A stretch of DNA of 35,097 nucleotides from the NCBI GenBank assembly GCA_041690355.1, contig JAWLHK010000016.1, positions 62,001-97,097 on the forward strand, given 5' to 3'. The stretch is from a bacterium. Its GTDB lineage: Bacteria; J088; JAWLBW01. The notes beneath the pieces were generated by a model, which saw only the letters and a program-made list of their open reading frames with translations, made no database searches and was not told the DNA's origin. Shown here piece by piece: positions 29,374 to 35,097 of this stretch. Every line of letters begins with the position of its first letter. Position 1 is the first letter of the stretch. Position numbers and translations under genes: made by a program.

Positions 29374-31533
29374 TCAGTAGGCGAGACCGTTGATACAGTT
29401 GTAATAGCCGCCGCCATCGACGTCGCTGAGCCCAACGTCAACACAGAGCTGGAACGAACTGCCCGTCGGATTGGTTGTGGCATCCTTATCGGAAACCACG
29501 ATCGTATACACACCCCAGGGGTATGCCCCCCAGGCATAGGGTTCCGAGACATCGATGCCGGTTGCACCAGGACCATCCACATTGACGCTGACCGACGTAC
29601 CCTGCGGCAGAGGATTCGCGTTGATGTCGCTGATCCACACGTTGACGACGGTTTCTGTCGTCGAGGCTGTGCCATAGGAGGCAACCGCTGGCGAAGGCGC
29701 GCCGACGACCATCTTGTCTCCGCCCGGACCACCGTCGAAGCGCGTATTCGCAGTCAGCTCCTCATACCGCTCGGGTACCAGGAAAATCACCGCATCGCCG
29801 GTGAAATAGATGGTCGCCGACGACCAGACGAGCGTGCTGTCATGATACTCGCCGCCGCTCGGGCCGTTCCACGGGTACCCGCCATGCAGATCGTGCGCAC
29901 CGGCCGTGTCGTGTGCACCGGTATACAGGGTGCCGAATGAGAAGTCCCAGAAGTCTTCACCGGCATCATACACGTCGTTTTCGTTGGCATCGACAAACGG
30001 CTCGGCCGGGTCGTAGGTGACAACATCGCCGTCGACTGCATTGAAGAGACCATCGCCGTTTGCGTCCGTGAAGCTCGACTGGCCGGTGGCCACCGCGATG
30101 ATCGTAACGGCGCCATTGCCCGGGTCCCCGAGCGCGGGGTACCCATGATTCGTGCCTACGAGGCCGCCGAAGTCAACCACTGAACCAGGATTATTCGGAA
30201 GCTGGTCGCCGAACGCCGTGACGAACGGGATACTTACCGCACCCTGCGAGTCGGTACCATACCCCACGTCATTGAACTCACCGCAGATACCGACTTCGCA
30301 GCTGAGGTATACCCGGGTACCTTCCGGGACAGGGTTATTCGAGTGGTCGGCAAGGCGGACGACGAATTCTCCATCGAGCCCCGAAAGGAGCAATCCCGAC
30401 ATGACTTTGGTTCCCGGCGTCGGCCCGAAATCAATGTTTTCGGTCGTCGGCAATCCGCCCTGGAGGGTGAGTTTGCCCGACGAAACCGTACGGCTGGCCG
30501 AAGGGACGGATGCCTGGATCCAGGTCGACCCGGACTTACCGCCGGCATTGACGGCGACCGTGGCAATCCCGCCAATCGTGGCGCCCTGTACAGGCGAAAT
30601 CGATACGCCTGCGAGATGCGGTACGTCCTGGAACTGAACGACCGTGTTATCGGCGACCGCGTTGCCGTACATGTCCTTGATCGTCACGGTCACGATGGCG
30701 GTCTCATTGCCGGCGCCCTTCAGGTTGATGACATTCGGGACGGGTTCGGAAATCTGGATGTCGAACGGAGTGCCCGGGCCGACCGTAATGATCAGCTCTG
30801 CCGAAACATCCTCTGCGGTTGCGGTAATCGTGGCGTCCCGCGCCTCGATCCCTCCCGTGAACGTTACGGTTGCGAGACCGTTGTTGTCGGTGACAACGCG
30901 GGAGGCTGAAAGGCTTCCTGTATCGGTCGAAACATTGATCGTCACGTTCTGGGCGTAGGTGTTATTGTTATTTCTGGCCCGGATAAGGATCGTCGTTTCG
31001 TCGGAATTCGTGGGATTCGCAACCTCGACCGAAGTTGAACCAACCGGGAGAATATCTATGCTCGACAGCGCAATTTCCTGGCCCGGAAGCGGATTAAACG
31101 TCACTGTGACCGAACTCGAAAGCACGCCGTCGACTTCGGCCTGGACGGACACGTCGCCAGGACCGGTGCCGTCGAGCCTGGTCTCAGCCTTGCCACCGAC
31201 CGTATCGACATCGGCAGCGGTAAAGACCCCTACCGAATTGTTATTGAGGGTGAAATTTACCGAAGTGCCGTCGGTAACAGGCTTCGTCTTCGCCTCATCG
31301 AGCCAGCCCGTCGCAGTCAGCGTTATACTGTCGCCGACGTCCGCAGAATTGCCCGAAGCCGTGAGTTCGACGATAAGCACGCCGCTATCGGTCGCGCCGC
31401 CGCCTCCTCCCCCACCGCCGCCGGTGTCATCTGTGGTGGCGCGACGGGTGGGTTCGGTTATCTCATCGCTCGAACATGCGCCTACCGCAAAAGCGGTAAG
31501 CAGAACCAGACTCAGTGTACGAAGTGCTTTCAT
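29374..31533 (-). CDS. Lipoprotein with tandem bacterial Ig-like (Big_1, invasin/intimin-type) domains
   Basis: Lipobox AVGAC; Gly9 linker; repeats such as PVTDGTSVNF, VTDNNGLATVTF, KDMYGNAVADNTVVQF and DHSNNPVPEGTRV; C-terminal DANGDG and DANENDVYD Ca-binding-like loops. GGGGAG SD. Confidence 0.8.
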   Translation of the reverse strand: MKALRTLSLVLLTAFAVGACSSDEITEPTRRATTDDTGGGGGGGGGATDSGVLIVELTASGNSADVGDSITLTATGWLDEAKTKPVTDGTSVNFTLNNNSVGVFTAADVDTVGGKAETRLDGTGPGDVSVQAEVDGVLSSSVTVTFNPLPGQEIALSSIDILPVGSTSVEVANPTNSDETTILIRARNNNNTYAQNVTINVSTDTGSLSASRVVTDNNGLATVTFTGGIEARDATITATAEDVSAELIITVGPGTPFDIQISEPVPNVINLKGAGNETAIVTVTIKDMYGNAVADNTVVQFQDVPHLAGVSISPVQGATIGGIATVAVNAGGKSGSTWIQASVPSASRTVSSGKLTLQGGLPTTENIDFGPTPGTKVMSGLLLSGLDGEFVVRLADHSNNPVPEGTRVYLSCEVGICGEFNDVGYGTDSQGAVSIPFVTAFGDQLPNNPGSVVDFGGLVGTNHGYPALGDPGNGAVTIIAVATGQSSFTDANGDGLFNAVDGDVVTYDPAEPFVDANENDVYDAGEDFWDFSFGTLYTGAHDTAGAHDLHGGYPWNGPSGGEYHDSTLVWSSATIYFTGDAVIFLVPERYEELTANTRFDGGPGGDKMVVGAPSPAVASYGTASTTETVVNVWISDINANPLPQGTSVSVNVDGPGATGIDVSEPYAWGAYPWGVYTIVVSDKDATTNPTGSSFQLCVDVGLSDVDGGGYYNCINGLAY

Positions 31534-31615
31534 GACTGGCGCTCCCCAAATTTAGGACTCGGGATTACCCTACCCCGGCCCGGGACGAAATACAAATGCC
31601 CTGCCCTGCCGCGGC

Positions 31616-32200
31616 TCAGCCGCCGCAGGTATCGAAGTCAGACAACGTGAGGGTCACCGCTCCCGTCGTCTGGAGCTCGACGCCGAACTCGTCGACGGCG
31701 TTGAAGGTGTAGCGCACCTCGTACCGATAGGCATTGCGGTTCGCCGGCGCGATGTCGGCCCATTTGTCCATGAACTGAAGCTTGGTCGACAGCGGTACCA
31801 GTTCGAGCCCGCCGATGGCCGCCGTACCGCCGCCTGGAATGCGGAAGGTCGAAGGCATCTGCAGCTCGAGCGGGCTGAGCGAGGGGCCGTTCGAGAGCGG
31901 GACATACTCCACCGTGTAATCCGTAAGGATCACGTACGGCGGCTCGTCCTGCGGGGTGGCGCCCAGTTCCGTAAAGCGCTGGTTGAAGAACGAGACCTGC
32001 GCGGTGTCCTTGATGAACGTCTCGAAGGTGGGGCCGGCCGGATCGCAGACCGACTGCACCATGTCGACGTCAGAGTTTTCAACCTCGATCGACTCAATCC
32101 CGAAGATACCGCCGTGGGCCTGGCTGTTCGTCGGCACGTCGCCGCAGGCGGTCATCAGGGTCAACAGGGCGATGGCGCCCGAAGTAAGTTTCGACTTCAT
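31616..32200 (-). CDS. Uncharacterised lipoprotein directly downstream of pilQ
   Basis: GAGG SD 6 nt before ATG 32200 (alternative ATG 32212 overlaps the pilQ stop); lipobox LMTAC; beta-rich; two additional Cys (VCDP and terminal DTCGG). Confidence 0.8.
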   Translation of the reverse strand: MKSKLTSGAIALLTLMTACGDVPTNSQAHGGIFGIESIEVENSDVDMVQSVCDPAGPTFETFIKDTAQVSFFNQRFTELGATPQDEPPYVILTDYTVEYVPLSNGPSLSPLELQMPSTFRIPGGGTAAIGGLELVPLSTKLQFMDKWADIAPANRNAYRYEVRYTFNAVDEFGVELQTTGAVTLTLSDFDTCGG

Positions 32201-32211
32201 GGTATGCCTCA

Positions 32212-35097
32212 TCAGTACGAAGCCTTGGCCGCTTCTTTGCGGGTGATGATTCGCGGCGTGATAAACACGAGCAGTTCAGAACGCGTGTCTTCGACCGTCG
32301 TCTTCTTGAAGAACCAGCCCAGAACGGGGATCTTGCTGAAGAACGGCACCCCACGTTCAGACTCGCTCTTCGAAACCTGGAAGATACCGCCGATGACCGT
32401 CGTCTCGCCGTCCTTGACGAGCACCTCGGTGGTGGCTTCCTTCTTCGAAATCGAAGGGGCGCCGCCGGCGCTTCGCAGTGCCGTATCGGGCGCGTTCTTT
32501 TCAGCCTTGATCTTCATGATGACCGAGCGATCGGGCGTAATCTGGGGCGTGACGGTCAGCTTGATCACGGCGTCGATGAACTGGGTCTGCGTCCCCTGGG
32601 CCGAAGTGGTTTCGAAGGGGATACTGATACCCTGCTGGATCGAGGCCTGGCTCTTGTTGAGCGTCGTCACCCGCGGGCTGCTGATGACTCGGCCCTGACC
32701 GGCGCTCTCGAGTGCGCTCAAGCGCAGGTCAAGGAGACCGGCGTTGTTGAACGAACCGAACAGGAAGCTGATCGCACCACCGGCGCCCGGACCCGCAGCG
32801 GCGGGCAGGTTGACGGCAAAATCCGGCGTATCCGACGTGCCGGCCGCTCCGAGGTTGCCACCCTGGATACCTACCGTATTGGGGAATGCCAGGCCGGTAC
32901 CGGTGCCGTAGCCCGGCGCGGCCTGATAATTGCCGCCCCACTGGATACCGAGGTCGCGCGTGAAGTTGGTATTCGCTTCGACGATCTTGGCTTCGATGAG
33001 CACCTGCGGCGTCTGTGTGTCCAGGTTCTCAATCAGACGGGCCGCGTCTTCGATGTTCTGAGCGATGTCCTTGATGATCAGCACATTGGTGCGGTTGTCG
33101 ACGGCCACCGATCCGCGCTTGCTGAGCACCGGCTGCACGCGGCTGGCGAGGTCCGAAGCCTCAGCGTAGTTGACCGGCACGATCTTGATGAAGAGCGGGT
33201 CGAGCTCCTGCTGAGCCTGAAGGCTCTTGAGGCGCTGCTCTTCTTCTGCCGCGAGTTTACTCGCCGGTGCGATGCGCACGACGTTGCCGACGCGCACCAT
33301 CCCCAGCCCCTGACTGTCAAGCACGACATCGAGCGCCTGATCCCACGGAACGTTGATCAGGCGAATCGTCATCGTACCGCTGACGTCCTGGGCGGTGATG
33401 ATGTTGAGATTGCTCACTTCGGCAATCAGGCGAAGAATGTCGCGCAGATCGGCGTTCTGAAAGTCGAGGCTGATACGTCGCCCGACATACCGCTTACGCG
33501 ACCGGTCTTCGGTGAGATTCGACCGGTTCTGCGCCTGCGGCGCTTCGCGGGCGATGGTCTTCATCTCGCGCTGTGCTCCCGGCGCCTGGGCTGCGGGAGC
33601 CGGGGCGGGGGCAGGAGCCTGCATGACGACCTTGGGGGCCTCGACGACTGCCTGTTCACCGAGTTCGAGGCGAAGGCCGTTGTCGACCTTCGTCAGGTTG
33701 TACTTCGGCAGGTCGGCGCCCTGGACGTCGAGTACCAGGCGCACGCGATCAGGCTGCTGCCCGACGCGCAGGTTCGTCACGCCGGCGGCATTGACGGGAA
33801 CTTCCTTGGCCGAAAACAGATTGCCTGTATCCCAGATATCGATCACCAGCCGGGTGGGCTGCTCGAGCTTGAAGGCGTTGTACGCGCCGATTGCGCCGTC
33901 GGTCACGACGTTCACGACAGTCTTGCCCTGATCGGTTCCCACCTTGATGTCCAGGATCTTGGCGGCCTTGGGGGCCTCTTCCGGCTGCGCGACGATGGGC
34001 GCGGGAACGGTCTCGACCGGCGCCGGCAGTGCGGGCTCTTCAAAGGCGGGCGCAATGGGTTCCGGCGCTTCGGCGGGAAGCTCTTCGATGAATATCTCTT
34101 CCTGCGGTGCCGGTTCGGGTGCACCTTCGAGGGCCTGACGCGCCAGGGCGGCGCCCTCGTCCTCTTCGATCATTTCGAGCGTCTGCACCGGTTCGCCCGG
34201 AGCCGGTTCAGCCACGAAAGGGGCGGGCTCTTCCAGGGCCTGCGGCTCTTCGACGAGCGGCGGCGGTTCGGCCGGGAACTCTTCGAGCGGCGCCGGCTCG
34301 GTCAGCGGTGCGGGTTCAGCCGGAAATTCTTCAAGCGGTGCAGGCTCGGCCAGCGGCGCAGGCTCCGCCGGAACCTCCTCCAACGGAGCAGGCTCCGCCG
34401 GAATCTCTTCGAACGGTGCCGGCTCGGTCAGCGGTGCCGGTTCGGCCGGGACCTCTTCAAATGGAGCCGGCTCGGCCGGGGCCTCTTCGAGCGGCGCCGG
34501 CTCGGCCAGCGGTGCAGGCTCGGCCGGGACCTCTTCGATCGGCGCAGGCTCGTCGAGCGGAGCGGGTTCGTCGACCGGCGGCAGTTCCTCGAGCGGTTCC
34601 GCTTCGGGAAGCGGCTCATCGAGCAGAATCTCTTCGCTGGCGTCGGGCGGTAGCGGCTCGAGCGGCACGTCGAGGTCGCCCTCGAGCAACTCTTCGGGGG
34701 CCGGCTGCAGCTCGGTCGTCTGCGTCAGGATCTTACCGCTCTTGGTGCGCACCTTGCGGACGACCTTGCGGTATTTCGGAATTTCGAGAATGAGCCGGTT
34801 ATCCCGGACGGCCGAGGCATACTGCGCGTGCTTGGGCAGCGTAAGCTCGACGCGGGCCACGGCATTGTCGCCGGTACCGAACTGCCGGGTGCTCAGCGAG
34901 CGCACCATCGCGTTCTTGTCGTTCATCTTCTTGCCCGACGCCTTGACCTGCGTGCGCGCAAGATCGACCACGATGCGGTGGGGACCCGAGAGCTTGAAAA
35001 CGGTGTACGTAGGCTGCTGGAGCCCTTCGATGACGACGACGGTGCGGTCCCGGTAGTCGCGGACCTTGACCGATTGGACGCGATTCAGGGAATCCCT
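32212..35097 (-). CDS. pilQ: Type IV pilus secretin PilQ (5' partial)
   Basis: Frame is open to the window end (RDSLNRVQSV...YTVFKLSGPHRIVVDL, an AMIN domain). A second AMIN reads YNAFKLEQPTRLVIDI. Also GRRISLDFQNAD, VPWDQALD, PQVLIEAKIVEA and GETTVIGG...GVPFFSKIPVLGWFF...ELLVFITPRI. Confidence 0.96.
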   Translation of the reverse strand, partial: RDSLNRVQSVKVRDYRDRTVVVIEGLQQPTYTVFKLSGPHRIVVDLARTQVKASGKKMNDKNAMVRSLSTRQFGTGDNAVARVELTLPKHAQYASAVRDNRLILEIPKYRKVVRKVRTKSGKILTQTTELQPAPEELLEGDLDVPLEPLPPDASEEILLDEPLPEAEPLEELPPVDEPAPLDEPAPIEEVPAEPAPLAEPAPLEEAPAEPAPFEEVPAEPAPLTEPAPFEEIPAEPAPLEEVPAEPAPLAEPAPLEEFPAEPAPLTEPAPLEEFPAEPPPLVEEPQALEEPAPFVAEPAPGEPVQTLEMIEEDEGAALARQALEGAPEPAPQEEIFIEELPAEAPEPIAPAFEEPALPAPVETVPAPIVAQPEEAPKAAKILDIKVGTDQGKTVVNVVTDGAIGAYNAFKLEQPTRLVIDIWDTGNLFSAKEVPVNAAGVTNLRVGQQPDRVRLVLDVQGADLPKYNLTKVDNGLRLELGEQAVVEAPKVVMQAPAPAPAPAAQAPGAQREMKTIAREAPQAQNRSNLTEDRSRKRYVGRRISLDFQNADLRDILRLIAEVSNLNIITAQDVSGTMTIRLINVPWDQALDVVLDSQGLGMVRVGNVVRIAPASKLAAEEEQRLKSLQAQQELDPLFIKIVPVNYAEASDLASRVQPVLSKRGSVAVDNRTNVLIIKDIAQNIEDAARLIENLDTQTPQVLIEAKIVEANTNFTRDLGIQWGGNYQAAPGYGTGTGLAFPNTVGIQGGNLGAAGTSDTPDFAVNLPAAAGPGAGGAISFLFGSFNNAGLLDLRLSALESAGQGRVISSPRVTTLNKSQASIQQGISIPFETTSAQGTQTQFIDAVIKLTVTPQITPDRSVIMKIKAEKNAPDTALRSAGGAPSISKKEATTEVLVKDGETTVIGGIFQVSKSESERGVPFFSKIPVLGWFFKKTTVEDTRSELLVFITPRIITRKEAAKASY
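34190..34600 (-). repeat. Pro/Glu-rich modular coding repeat within pilQ
   Basis: Mixed 10-aa EE(V/A/I/F)PAEPAP(L/F) and 6-aa (A/T/D)EPAP(L/F/I) modules, corresponding to 30-bp and 18-bp DNA units. Confidence 0.88.

Overview
High-GC bacterial chromosomal window whose gene content and order point to a deltaproteobacterial or Myxococcota-related organism (inference). The left third (1-11.3 kb) holds a sensor kinase plus sigma54 activator pair, a HAD-queD-PilZ unit, an AT-rich heptamer repeat, a four-gene general-stress-type cassette, a lipoprotein penicillin-acylase-family enzyme and two tandem AI-2E transporters. The right two-thirds (11.36-35.1 kb) is one run of co-oriented minus-strand genes: pilQ (5' truncated), two uncharacterised lipoproteins (one invasin/Big_1-like), aroQ, an sgmX-like TPR gene, an ExeA-like AAA protein with about 16 acidic LDxLL repeats, tRNA-Gly(CCC), yacG, tamB, tamA, ybgF/cpoB, a tsaP-like LysM gene, dprA and topA. 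The best candidates for undescribed biology are (i) the SgmX-coupled, apparently degenerate ExeA ATPase with a multivalent CheZ/FimV-like acidic helix array and (ii) the lipoprotein pair directly behind pilQ. I saw no CRISPR array, rRNA, integrase or transposase. All family calls come from motif recognition by eye; no searches were run.
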